Assembly: GCF_032444005.1 (NCBI RefSeq) | Contig: NC_091290.1 | Span: 135,966,001 to 136,030,000 of the forward strand | DNA from: Ranitomeya imitator | Taxonomy: Eukaryota | Reading direction: 5' to 3' | DNA length: 64,000 bases | Part shown: positions 21,972 to 45,337 of the stretch, piece after piece | Numbering within the stretch: the first letter of the stretch is position 1 | Layout: every line of letters starts with the position of its first letter | Translations under genes and position numbers: made by a program | The notes under the pieces: generated by a model | The model's database searches: none | Told to the model about the DNA's origin: nothing | Seen by the model: the letters and a program-made list of their open reading frames with translations, nothing else

Positions 21972-24747
21972 GACCAGACCACTGTTTGAAATGTGAAAAG
22001 ACTCTTGGTGACATTCAGTTAAAGGGCTTGTACACGACTGCCAACGTATTCTTAATAGCTCTGGTTTGGTCCAGAAAATATAAAAGTGCATATTGACCTC
22101 TCGGATTGGACTGTTCTTGCGATTTCTCTGCCGTTTCCTGATGGACATGTGACTGCCGCAGTCACTGACGGAATAGAGAAGGCAGCAGCCAAACACGTAG
22201 CCGTATTAAGTGACTACTGGAAACTACAGTGGGGAGACTGCAGTACTGAGGTCAGTCCCAGAGTAAAGATTTTTTTTTCTTCTTAATTTTCTGAACCACA
22301 TTGGAGCTAGTGGACATCTCTTTTGATTAGGAAGCTATTAAATATAAGGATTGTGTCAAAGAACATAAAAAAATATATATATAATTAAATTTGTTTGGTT
22401 GTGAACGTATAGAATAAAAAATTTGATTAATACGGCCGTAGATTCGGCAGTGTGCTTTTTCTGCACCCTACTCATTTAGCCTTCAGTTCAAGACCTGTAT
22501 CCTAAGAAAGATGGTTGTAGTCCACAAACTACCTGGCAAAAAGGTATCTATTCAACACACTACTGGCTAAAGTCTGCTAAAAGAAGCAGAAAAGCTGCAA
22601 GTAGGGATTTGGGTTTGACCGAACTTTCATCCAAAGTTCAGGTACCAGAACTGTACCCCATAAAAATCAATGGTGACCTGAACTTTGGAGCTGAAAAATC
22701 AATCAATCTCTCAATCATTCCTGGAGAAGTCCGTGTTCGGAGTTCAGCACCGTACATTAGGTGTCCGGTAAAAACCCTCGAACTTTACAGATCAGGTTTG
22801 CTCATCTAACAGTCATCCATAACTCAGCCCATATAAGTAATTAGATTTCTATAAATTATATTTATATTACTGTTGGAGAAACTGGGGCTGCTTACTGATA
22901 CTATTTTTTAGAATGGTTTGTATGTAGAATACCAGTTAATTCTCTGACCTCACTAACCCTTAAGTTCTCCCATAAAGTTAAAGTTTGACGATCCTGGATT
23001 GACTGACTATCCGATGTGTATAGAGCCACCAACTAATCTCCCAGAGAAGTAATGCTTTGTTCTCCTGCTAGATAACCTACTGACCGATGTGTCTTGAGCC
23101 CCCCATACATAGTAGATAGTTCGCCAGGTAGCTATCTCGCCCAACATTGCCATACACATGAGGGCTCGATTTGGATGATTCACATAATATTGTCGGTCCA
23201 GTTTAGGGTTTGGCCAACTTTACTCTGATGAATATGGGGCCCTTTAAAGCTGCTCACTCTACTGTCCACACAGGGAATACACGAACCGCTTGAGCACCTT
23301 TAGTATCTCAAAAGTTTATGAAAAGCACCTTCTTGAAGAACACATCCTCTTCTAGTAGTTCTTACACACTTCAGAGTAAAGTCAACCAAACCCTGAACCG
23401 GTCCGAAAAGATTGTGTGATGGGGCCTCCCAATTTTTCCCTACAAATGATGCCAGGAGAATGCCAGGGCATATTTAAATCAACGCCTAAATCTTTTAGTC
23501 TCCTCCTAAGTAAAGTCCCCACCAGAGGCGTCTTACTCCCTAATGATAACATATGCATGCTCGGATGAGTATGGTGGTAATGCGGGAGATATCGCTGTTG
23601 GCTGAAAAGACTCTGCTGGTCATTAGAAGTGTGCGACAAATTTTGAACTGGGGTGCAGTGCTCCTGAATATTGGAAAACATCATTGCAAGAGTCAGCAAA
23701 GGTAGAAAACCGAAAAAAAAAAATACGGTAATACAGGAGACAGTGATCAGAAGAACTGTACATACACAAGTTCATACCATTTTTCTATCAAAGATGGGTC
23801 TAGCGAATTGCTCATCCTGTTGCATGAACATAATAGGAGGATACACACATGCAAAGCAGTATGAAGGAGGTTGATAGTGTAACGATCATTTTGTCATTAC
23901 GTGTCCAATGTGAAAAGCCAACTACATTCTCATTAGATCCCTTTCCCTACTCCTCGTTAGTTCCCAAGTGCTTGATCAGGATAATATCAAGGCATTTAAA
24001 GCGTTAAAAAGGACTGCAAGCACCAGTATGGAAGGTGCAGGTAAGTTCAAAGGACAGGAATGGTGCCATAATGGAGGAAATGATGACATTTTGAAGAACA
24101 AAAAAAAAAATAACATAAAATTCTTTCTACACCTCGTTTCTCTCATGAAAGTCACCAGCAAAACGCGCTTTGGGAACTAGCATTATACCTCATGCTATGG
24201 ATGTCACTGCACATTCTATTTATGATGCATACTGATACCTATCTATAGTCTGGATGTATAACATGGTGGCATGTACTTTATATTCACCTATATTTATGTG
24301 ACATGATATACCTACCTTTACAGGGCACCATACTGGTATATATGTTCTATGATACCATACATCAGATATATTATATATTCACATTGGACTATAGTTCTGG
24401 ATATGATGTATGTGCTGGTGCACTTTATTAATGTATGCTGCATCTGACAGTGCTAGACTATATGTATAGATGTTTGTAATTTTTACCTGTGTACTTTTTT
24501 GGCATAACAGGATAAGTGCAGGATGCAATATTTCTCTATATCTTCAACATTCATTCCTCTCGCCATATTGGATGTTAATATATAGTTTTAATTATTTTCT
24601 GTGATATTTTCCTCTTGTGATGTTTTATTCTACATTTAATAAAGGTAATTTATAAGATTCAGAAAGAATCCCGTTAGGGACACGTTAATAAAAATGACAT
24701 GTGCCAATGATAAAACAAGGGAAGGAAGCATGCTGCATGGTGATAAA

Positions 24748-24787
<40 letters not shown>

Positions 24788-24959
24788 TGTGTATCTGTAT
24801 ATATATTAGCTGAAGAGTCTGGCATTGCCCGGGCATAGTAAATAACTGTGGTTATAACAAATTATAATGGTTATATCGCACATAAAAACATTTCACATCA
24901 TATATTCAACGCTACAGATTTGCACCACAAATTAACTAAATGATTACCCAAGTATTGAT

Positions 24960-25320
24960 AGTGAGCACCTCACTTCTCTCATTTTCCCGTCACCCCTCTC
25001 ATTTCCCCTTCGCATCTCTCATTTCCCCCTCGCTCCTCTCATTTTCCCACACACCTCTCATTTTCCCCCCTCACACCTCTCATTTTGACCTGACACCTGT
25101 CATTTTCCAATCACTCCACTATTTTCCCCACTCTTCTTTCACCTCACACCTCTCATTTTCCCCTCACTCCACTATTTCCCCCCCACTCCGCTATTTCCCC
25201 CTTTCATTTTCCCCTCACTTGTCTCATTTTCCCCTCACTCCTCTCACTTTCCCCTCACTCCTCTCACTTTCCCCTCACTTTCCCCTCACTCCTCTCACTT
25301 TCCCCTCACTCTTCACATGT
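24960..25320. repeat. CT-rich low-complexity / degenerate tandem repeat (ctcatttccccct-like)
   Basis: Repeated cctctcattttccc / ctcactttcccct units. Confidence 0.8.
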
Positions 25321-26159
25321 GCACATAAACTTCCTGTTATGAGCACAGCGGTGTAATCCATGAGGCTCCTCCCTTGGACCTATACATAACTAATCCTACA
25401 GTTGTATTATAAATAAACACACAGCAAGTATAAATTCTTTTATTTGAAAAAAAAAACTTGTCTTTTTTTTATTTAAAAATAACAAACTCAGTCATACTCA
25501 CCTAACACCCATTCCATTTAAGCCCTCGTCTCCTGTAATAAAAACAAAAAAAACACAACCATATCCCTGACCTCTCCGTCGTTCTGTTCCCCCGCCGTAA
25601 TCCAAGTTTGAGGATAAAGTTTTCAACTTGCCAAGATGCGACTGTCAAGGCTGAGAACCACTGATGAATGAGCTGCTGCGAGTGAGGACCTCATTGAGGT
25701 AACTGCGGGTCACTGAGCCGGGCTGAACTGCGGTGACCTCAGCGTGAGAAAAAGTCAGTGAGTTCACCTCAGTACAACTCAGTGAGTTCACTACAGATCA
25801 CCATGAAAAATGTATCACGCAGTATGAGCAGGGGAGAACGATGAAAGCGGTCTTCAGCACCTGGGAACAGTGCGAACAGTGCCGCTGATTCCCAGTCGCC
25901 GGTATGTATCACACTGATATCACATGGATATCGTCAGTGTGTCGTCAGTGTGCACGTGTGCAAGACGTTTTACAGACTTCGCTGCTGTTAAAAAGCGGAC
26001 ATGTCAGCGTGCTTTGCCCACGGACACACGGTCCATGGAAACACACTGACATGTGAACAGACCCATTCACTTGAATGGGTCTAGGTGTGCAAATGTCTCC
26101 AGTATGTGTGAAAACTGTCATCACACATATCGGAGACATGGACGTCTAAAAGATTCCTA

Positions 26160-27560
26160 ACAGATATTACCTAATATATTGGATTATATTTTCTCATATA
26201 GGATTATATTGCCTGATATACAGCTCTGGCAAAAATGAAGAGACCACCACATCAAAACCCTCTCATGGCCAGCCCAATCTCTAGACCTGAACCCCATTGA
26301 AAACCTCTGGAATATCATCAAGATGATGGAAGATGGATAGTCACAAGCCATCAAACAAAGAAGAACTGCTTATATTTTTGCACCAAAAGCAGTGTGAAAG
26401 ACTGGTGGAAAGCTGCCAAGATGCATGAAAGCTGCGATTAAAAATCATGGTTATTCCATAAAATATTGATTTCTGAACTCTTCCTGAGTTAAAACATTAG
26501 TATTGTTTTTGTAAATGATTATGAACTTGTTTTCTTTGCATTATTTGAGGTCTGAAAAGCACTGGGTTGTTTTTTTTTTTCATTTTGAACATTTTTCTTT
26601 GTCAGAAAAAAAAAATACAAAATTTATTGCTTGGAAATTCGGAGACGTTGTCAGAATTGTATAGACTAAAAGAACAATTTACATTTTACTCAAAAATATA
26701 CCTATAAAGAGAAAAATCAGACAATCTGAACATTTTGCAGTGGTCTCTTAATTTTTGCCAGAGCTGTATGGGGACTATATTACCTCATGCAAAAGATATT
26801 ACCTCATATTGGATATTTCATCATATATCAGATTATATCACCTCACATATCGGATCTTACCTCATAAATGGGATTATACCACCTCATATATCAGATATTA
26901 CCTCATATATCAGATTATATTACATCACATATTGGATTATATCACATCATATATGGGTATCACCCTATATATATTGTATTATATTATTTAACAAAGCATT
27001 ATTACACCTCATATCAGATATTACTTTATATATATGTTTATATTACCTCATATCTCGGATTATATTACCTCATATATTGGATAGTTCCTCACATATCTGA
27101 TTATACCACCTCATATCGGATATCAAATCATATACTGGATATTACCTCATATATGGGATTATATTACCTCATATATGGGATTATATTACCTCATATATGG
27201 GATTATATTACCTCATATATTGGATATTACTTCGTACATCGGATTATATTGCATCATTTGGGATTATGTTACTTCATATAAGAGATATTACCTAATATAT
27301 TGGATTATATTATATCATATAAAATTATATTACCTCATATATTGACAGTTTCCTAATATATGGGATATTACCTCATATATCGGATCTCACATCATATATC
27401 AGATTACATCACCTCATATATCGGCAATTTCCTCATCTTTGAGATTATATTACCTCATATATTCACTATTTCCTCATCTTTGGGTTTATATTACCTCATA
27501 TATCGGATCTCACCTCATATATCAGATTATATCACCTCATATATTGGGTATTTCCTCATC
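26160..27560. repeat. Degenerate AT-rich minisatellite (about 22-bp ggattatattacctcatatat units) interrupted by a Tc1 derivative
   Basis: Many imperfect copies on both sides of 26221-26766. Confidence 0.8.
26221..26766. mobile_element. Internally deleted Tc1 derivative (546 bp)
   Basis: TA + cagctctggcaaaaatgaagagacc ... ggtctcttaatttttgccagagctg + TA. Retains a transposase C-terminal trace ([17 protein letters not shown]). Confidence 0.85.
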
Positions 27561-27903
27561 ATCATGCCTCACAGGAGCAACTCCATTCTAGACACGGTGG
27601 AGCTAGCTGTGACCTGTTCCTGCCGCGCACTGATACTCTGAAGGCGGCGGCCATGATTGTAGCTCGCAGCGGCCGGGACGTCACAGCCGGTGAGTTTTGC
27701 AGGATGGCTTTCGAGGTGAATGTGTCTCCGCCAGTGTGCGCTAACAACGTGGGCCATGTGGACGTGGCTTTGTGTGTGGAGCGAGTGTGACTATGCGGAG
27801 TGGGTGGGTGTATGTGAAGTGGGCGTGGCTTGATATATATGTATATACTGTACACACATGCATACTCAGCTTTATATATATATACTAGATGGTGGCCCGA
27901 TAT

Positions 27904-27952
<49 letters not shown>

Positions 27953-27953
<1 letters not shown>

Positions 27954-29034
27954 CATATATACTTGAGTATAAGCCGATCCCCCTAATTTTGCCACAAAAA
28001 ACTGGGAAAACTTAATGACTCGAGTATAAGCCTAGGGTGGGAAATGAAGCAGCTACTGGTAAATGTCAAAAATAAATATAGATACCAATAAAAGTAAAAT
28101 TAATTGAGACATCAGTAGGTTAAGTGTTTTTGAATATCCATATTGAATCAGGAGCCCCATATAATGCTCCATACAGTTCATGATGGGCCCATAAGATGCT
28201 CCATATTAAAATATGCCCCATATAATGCTGCACAAATGCTGATTATGGCCCCATAAGATGCTCCATAGAGATATTTGCCCCTATATAACGCTGCACATGG
28301 CCCCATAAGATGCTCCATAGAGATATTTGCCCCATGTAACGCTGCACATGGCCCCATAAGATGCTCCATATACTATTATGCCCCATATGCTGTTGCTGCG
28401 ATTTAAAAAAAAAAAAAATCACACTCACCTCTCGTCGCTCAGGCCCCCGTCACTTGCTATATTCACCTGTCCTCCGTTCCACCGCCGAGCGTCGCTGTGT
28501 CTTCCCGTCCTCCGCACTGATGCTCAGGCAGGGGGCGGCACGCACACTAATCGAGTCATCACGCCCTCTGACCTGAGCGTCAGTGCAGAGGACACAGAAG
28601 ACACAGCGACGCCGACGGTGGAACGAGGAACAGGCGACTATCGCGCACTGCCCCCGCCAAACTCACCTGCTCCTGGCGCGGTCCCTGCAGGTCCCTGGTT
28701 CTCCGGGCGCTGACAGCTTCTTCCTGTATTGAGCGGTCACATGATACCGCTCATTACAGTAATAAATATGCGGCTGCACCCCTATGGGAGTGGAGTGGGG
28801 TCCATATTAATTACTGTAATGAGTGGTACCATGTGACCGCTCAATACAGGAAGAAGCTGTCAGCGCCCGGAGAACCAGGGACCTGCAAGAACCGCGCCAG
28901 GAGCAGGTGAGTATAATTAGACAGCTGCCCCTTCCCTGCCGACCCCTGGGAATGACTCGAGTATAAGCCGAGAGGGGCAATTTCAGCCTAAAAAATTGGG
29001 CTGAAATTATCGACTTATACTCGACTATATACGG
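27953..29034. mobile_element. pogo/Tigger-like non-autonomous element
   Basis: Imperfect TIR ccatatatacttgagtataagccga / tcgacttatactcgactatatacgg inserted in a (TA)n tract. Internal inverted arms at 28661-28912. Confidence 0.7.
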
Positions 29035-29075
29035 TATATATACAGTATATACAGTATATATACACACAGTATATA

Positions 29076-29107
<32 letters not shown>

Positions 29108-29113
<6 letters not shown>

Positions 29114-29889
29114 AATTTATAATTGTCTAAGGGTCACTTCCGTCTGTCTGGCTGTCTTTCTGTCACGGATATTCATTGGTCGCAGCCTCTGTCTGTCATG
29201 GAAATCCAAGTCGCTGATTGGTCGTGGCAAAATGCCCACAAGCATTGCCACGACCAATCAGCGACGGGCGCAGTCTGACGGCAACATGGCCGCTCCTTCC
29301 TCCCCGCAGTCAGTGCCCGCTCCGTACTCCCCTCCAGTCAGCGCTCACAGAGGGTTAATGGCAGCGCTAATGGACCTTGTTATGCCACAGTGTAACGCAC
29401 TCCATTAATGCTGGTATTAACCCTGTGTGACCAACTGTTTTACTATTGATGCTGTCTATGCAGCATCAATAGTGAAAAGATCTAATGTTAAAAATAATGA
29501 AAAAAATAAAAAATCATCATATACTCACCTTCCGGCGCCTTTCCAGCTCCTCGCGACGCTCCGGTGACCAGTCCATGCATTGCGATCTCGCGAGATGATG
29601 ACGTAGCGGTCTCGCGAGACTGCTACGTCATCATCTCGCGAGACCGCAATGCACTCTTGAGACCGGAGCGCGCGAGGAGCATAGGTAAACGCTTCCTGGA
29701 TCCAGCGGCCAACGGAGGGTGAGTATATAACTATTTTTTTTTTATTCTTTTTTTTTTAAACAGGGATATGATGCCCAGATTGCTATATAATACGTGGGCT
29801 GTGCAATATACTACGTGGCTGGGCAATATACTACGTGGACATGCATATTCTAGAATACCCGATGCGTTAGAATCGGGCCACCATCTAAT
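29108..29889 (+). mobile_element. Helitron/Helentron-like non-autonomous element in a (TA)n tract
   Basis: Starts tctaatttataattgtctaagggtcacttccgtctgtctg and ends cgatgcgttagaatcgggccaccatcta. Flanked by TA microsatellite with no TSD. Family assignment is inference. Confidence 0.5.
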
Positions 29890-29890
29890 A

Positions 29891-29938
<48 letters not shown>

Positions 29939-29942
<4 letters not shown>

Positions 29943-31495
29943 CAGAGTCACTGGTGAAGTAATGGGGGGGAGATACGTGTCACTGCATATGAGGACATCA
30001 ATGATGTAAAACCAGAACAGCTTCCTCCAGCACACTGCGTGTTGGGACGGTTTATATAAAGTTATATGATGGGCTGGTTTTAGTGGACCTCCATAGAGCA
30101 GGTGGGAGGAGGTCCACATATCTCCACATGCAGAGCCCTGACAGGACCTGTGTGATGTCAGTATCAGGTTATCAATCACATGATGGAGGAGTCACATGGT
30201 CTGGGCTTAAATGGCTGACTGACAAAGCTTCCAGTGTTCAGTATGTGCCTGGAGAGAGAGCACTCCAGGAAAGTGTGTGCTGATCTGAACTGTGGACATT
30301 ACTGCCTGTTAGCGGTCTGATCCCCTGTAGGTCTGCATTTCTTTTTGTTTCTTCGTTTTATTGTTTTGCCCAGAGGGCTGTGTTTACGTTCCACAGCTTC
30401 GTTTATGCTGTCTTCAATAAATCAAGCATTTTATTAAAGAGACAGTGTTCCAGTTATACCTCTGTGTCCAGCCAAGTGAGCAGCTTTACCACAGGTGGTA
30501 TTAGAACTGCGGGCAACGTTTCCAGCGAACAAGTGTGACGGCCACAAGCCAGCATACGACGTCAGGCAAGATGGAGGACCTGCTGAAACATCTGCTACAA
30601 GCACAGCAGCTACAGCATCAGCAGCAACAGATGGCACAGCAGGAGACACGTAAGCTGCTTATACAGCAGATGCAGCAGCATCAGAAGCAGACTGACTTGC
30701 TTACAGAGGCGGTTTGTGGAAGGCCGACAGCCCCTCCCCCGAGTCCAGGTGACGACACGAACGTCCGGAAGACGGCAAGACGAGCAATGCAAAAAATGAC
30801 CCCGGGTGATGATGTGGAGGCCTTTTTTACTGTGTTTGAGTGGGTGGCGAAGCGTGAGAAGCTGCCGCCAGAGCAGTGGGCGGAGGTGCCGACCCCTTAT
30901 TTGACTGGTGAGGCCCAGAAGGCCTATTATGATTTGGCATTACAGGATTCGCAGGAGTATGCCAAGTTAAAGGCTGAAATTTTGGCACCCGCAGGAGTGA
31001 CCATGTCAGTCACAACCCAAAGGGTTCACCACTGGGCGTATTATGGGGACAAACCGCCTCGGTCCCAAATGTTTGACCTACTGCAGGGGTGTCAAACTGC
31101 ATTCCTCGAGGGCTGCAAACAGGTCATGTTTTCAGGATTTCCTTGTACTGCACAGGTGATAATTTAATCACCTACACAAATAATGAGTTGGTGATTAAAT
31201 TATCACCTGTGCAGTACAAGGAAATCCTGAAAACATGACCTGTTTGCAGCCCTCGAGGAATGCAGTTTGACATCCCTGACCTACTGCATCTGGTGCAAAA
31301 ATGGCTGCAGCTGGAAACCTCCACCCCAGGTCAGATGGTGGAGCGTTGTTATGTCATGGACAGATTCGTGCACTCATTTCCTAGGCCAATGCAGACCCGG
31401 GTTGCCCAGGGAGATCCTCAAAATGCAGATGAACTGGTGGCCCTAGTGGAACGGTTCCAGGTGGTGGAGAGGCCCCTAAGAAAGCCAGGGGGTGG
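29939..31495 (+). mobile_element. Gypsy (Gmr1-like) LTR retrotransposon 5' remnant: LTR, PBS-like site and gag with SCAN-like domain
   Basis: LTR-like 29939-30493 ending in ACA, then a PBS-like ggtggta..tgcgggca. Gag reads MEDLLKHL...KMTPGDDVEAF..FE...W...L.GEAQKAY, followed by HLVQKWLQ...QMVE..VMDRFVHSFP..MQ..V...PQNADELVALVERF, which is a SCAN-type helix pattern. Confidence 0.8.
31084..31278. mobile_element. hAT MITE (195 bp, near-perfect palindrome) inserted in the Gypsy gag
   Basis: TIR caggggtgtcaaactgc / gcagtttgacatccctg. 8-bp TSD acctactg at 31076-83 and 31279-86. Removal restores MFDLLHLVQKW. Confidence 0.93.
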
Positions 31496-32898
31496 TTGGG
31501 CTATACTTATTAACTCTTTGCGTGTGTACTTGTACTGGCTGGTGACCGATTCATGCAGTGTTGTAAATCCCCCTATGTCCTTTATTGAAGGCCGCACCGT
31601 ACAATAAAAGCAATTGTTACCATCCACTTTTTCGTGTCCCCCTTATTTCCTTCATAGGTTGTAGCTTACGAGCAGCAGGACCCTGGCTCCTTTTATTATC
31701 TGATGATTTTATGTGTTTTTCTGTAATGTCTGTACAAGTCCCCTCTAAAATGTAAAGCGCTGCGGAAATAAAAATGATTACTATTACGTCTTTAAAGGTG
31801 TTGTGTGCACATAACCTTAGACTGGAGGTTTCCTTCAAGATCTGATTCAAAGAAGTGTTTTTCCTCACCACCAGGAGAAAATATTGTCCAGGTGTTCTTG
31901 GTAAGTTTCGACTCAAGGGTTTTTTTCTAGTTTTTTATTTGTTTGGGTGTGTTCACACTACAGGTTTTTTTTTATCTCCCCAGGACTTTCTCCAAAATCC
32001 TGATGTTTTGTTTGGAGAGTTGAGGTCTGTTCACACTGAGGTTTGTTTTTAGAGTAGGAACTATACCCTTTTGAGCCTTAAAAAAAAAAAACAAAAAAAA
32101 AAAAAAAACTGCTTCAGGTTTCCAAAGAAACCTGATGGGAAGGAAGGGGGAGAGCAAAAGGACCGTACTGCAGATGCTTTAGTTTATGAAGCCGTTTCAT
32201 ACTTTACAATGTGAAGGCGACAAAAACCTCACAAAGGCGTTTTTTTCATGAGTTTTTACAGTATAAAGCACTATCTTGTAATTATTCACGGCTCACAGAT
32301 ATATATATATGTAATAATAATAATCTTTATTTTTATATAGCGCTAACATATTCCGCAGCGCTTTACAGTTTTGCACACATTATCATCACTGTCCCCGATA
32401 TTAAGTGTTAAGTGATAAAATAAATCAGCAAAAAGTTGAGATAAAACACAAACTCCAAAACTTATAAAACGCTAAAAATAAAAGAACCAATCACTGCGCA
32501 GCTTACATTTCATATTCCATCTTGATAAATGAAAGCTGTGCTGTTATTGGTTGCTATGGGCGACTATGAATTTTCATAGCTCAGTCCCAACGTCTGAGCT
32601 GAGACACGTTCCAGTCACTGACCTTGGTCTTGTGACGGTCTGTGACGGCACAGCACCGAGTATGACGTAACCACCTGTCATATATGAACACATGGCCGCA
32701 CGTTATCAGCGTCTGACAAGAACCACCTACACGACTACACTACAAGCATCCAAGAACCACCACATAAGGTATGTCACTCCGGGAGCCAATCCAATCTTAC
32801 TACGTCACTTAGCCCCACCCCTTTGGGCGGGAGTAATTTTAGCGGCTTCTCTCTGCGCAGGCGGAAGTGCTTTCTTTTCACCGGTCGGAGCTGAGGAC

Positions 32899-43570
<10,672 letters not shown>

Positions 43571-43989
43571 CTTTTTGGGATCTGTCTTTTAAATTGTTTG
43601 ATACTTGTTTGTCAGGGGCTCGGTGTACACCTCGTCATAGCTCTGTGCTGCTTTATACTGAAAAATAAATTATATATACTGTGTTCTCGGCGTGTAGAGT
43701 GTTAATATACGGTGGTAGCTGTGGGACTGTTAATGTGCCGAAGGTGGCTACGTTGGCTCTGAGCCTTCATCGTCGCTCTTCATACACGCCGTGCTCGGAT
43801 TCCAGCTCTCGTGTACAGAACTGGGCAAAACTTTGGACATGTCTGTTCATACAATGGAGTAAGGTGCGCATTGTAGATTCAGGCTGAAGGTGCATACCAT
43901 CAAGTAAGGAACGCATATGGAAACAAGAAGTAAGGACCAAACAAGAACCTGTTACGCCTTGGGTTCCTCAAGTACCCCCTTTTACTCTG

Positions 43990-44110
43990 ATGACTGCTTT
44001 GCGCCCCTTTGGCTTTCTCTCTGGCAAGCTTCATCAGGTGGTCACCTGGAATGGCTTCCAATGAACAGGTCGCCTCGTTGAGAGCTCATTTGTGAGCCTT
44101 CTGAAAGTAT
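43990..44110 (-). mobile_element. Tc1 3' end fragment
   Basis: gcttcatcaggtggtcacctggaatggcttcca resembles a Tc1 transposase C-terminus read antisense. Confidence 0.45.
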
Positions 44111-45042
44111 TTGCATCCATCAGGTGTGTCTTGCGGAGGCGACATTGGTACTTCACTCCATACTGTGCCAGAAAACGGCAAGAACCACCCAACGATAGGA
44201 CCTCCGATGAAGGACTTGAAACGCGCACTTCATCTCTTTGCATCAAAAACAAAAGAATTTGCGGCACTCTTATTTAATTTTTTCTTTTTTTTTAATAGAT
44301 TATTTTTAACGATGGTCTAGAAAGGTACAAATAAATTAAGACAAAATATAGAGAATTTTGTTTTTCTTTTGCTCAAAATCCATGAGTACGTATGCTGTAT
44401 TATAGAATTTAGCACAAAAAAACCAGACCAAAAGGCAAATAAAGACTGCAACTAATAAATCGGACCTATAAAATGCAATGCCACGTTCCCACAGCATAGT
44501 TTCTGCAAATTATTATTTTTCTCCTCCAGTGTTTGGTTGTTTTTTGTGACTCAAACTCCGCCTGCCCCCTGTGCCTTTATAGTTGCATGTGAACTGTGCC
44601 TTCTAAATTTTCTCTATTGGCTTCTCAAAAAGCAATTAAAAATGCTGCTTTAAGACCTGCACCAAAACCTCTTAAAAAAACAAAACAAAAAAAAAATACA
44701 GCAATATACACAGTAGGATAAACTGTGCCACATGTTAAATGAAAGGATGATGAAAATACAACTTATTATACTTTTATAGATAAAATCACATATCTTCCGC
44801 TTCATCCTAGGGACGACACATGGGGTGAGAGATTTCCTTTTTTTTTTTTTTTTTTATTCTATTTGACTCAGTGTTATATTTGTCTCCATTTGCTGAATGC
44901 TTTGCCATTCGGAGGCAGAGCAGCAGAGTTTCACTCCTCGGGTCTATCTTCTCTATTAATGACTTGTCCACTACTGTGACTGTCTATTCATTTATATTAC
45001 CTACGTGTATTGAACGAGTTCTCCTTTTATACTACCCTCTAC

Positions 45043-45225
45043 ATCAGTGTTACCCAACTCCGGTCCTCAAGAGCCACAAACAGGTCATGTTTTCAGGATT
45101 TCCTTAGTATTGCACAGGTGATCATTGCATTACATGGAAAGGCAAGCATTCAATAACCTGTGACATACTAAGGAAATCCGGAAAACATGAACTGTTGGTG
45201 GCTCTTGAGGACCGGAGTTGGGGAA
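45043..45225. mobile_element. hAT-type palindromic MITE related to 31084-31278
   Basis: Shares the core aacaggtcatgttttcaggatttcc. Inverted arms ccaactccggtcctcaagagcca / tggctcttgaggaccggagttgg. Confidence 0.75.
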
Positions 45226-45337
45226 GTTAAATTTTACTTTTCTCACCTTGCTACTATCTTTTAGAATATAGGAGTTTAGGGAATTAGATGTTGATCAGGG
45301 GCGATGGCCCTTTTTCTTTCGATCTCATCCTCCGCTA

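Noticed and set aside
24940-27641. ORFs of 78-138 aa rich in S/P/L/F or Y/I/H
   Set aside because: Translations of low-complexity and minisatellite DNA.
32692-32898. Upstream in-frame extension of KARS1 (ORF 32692..32958) as the mitochondrial leader
   Set aside because: It overlaps promoter motifs, and a better, splice-compatible mitochondrial exon homologous to the human one exists at 36937-37106.
44195-44230. ccgatgaaggacttgaaacgcg, a hammerhead-like motif (also a weaker one at about 24140-24170)
   Set aside because: The core is mutated (CCGAUGA) and stem II is not formed. At best a dead Penelope-type remnant.
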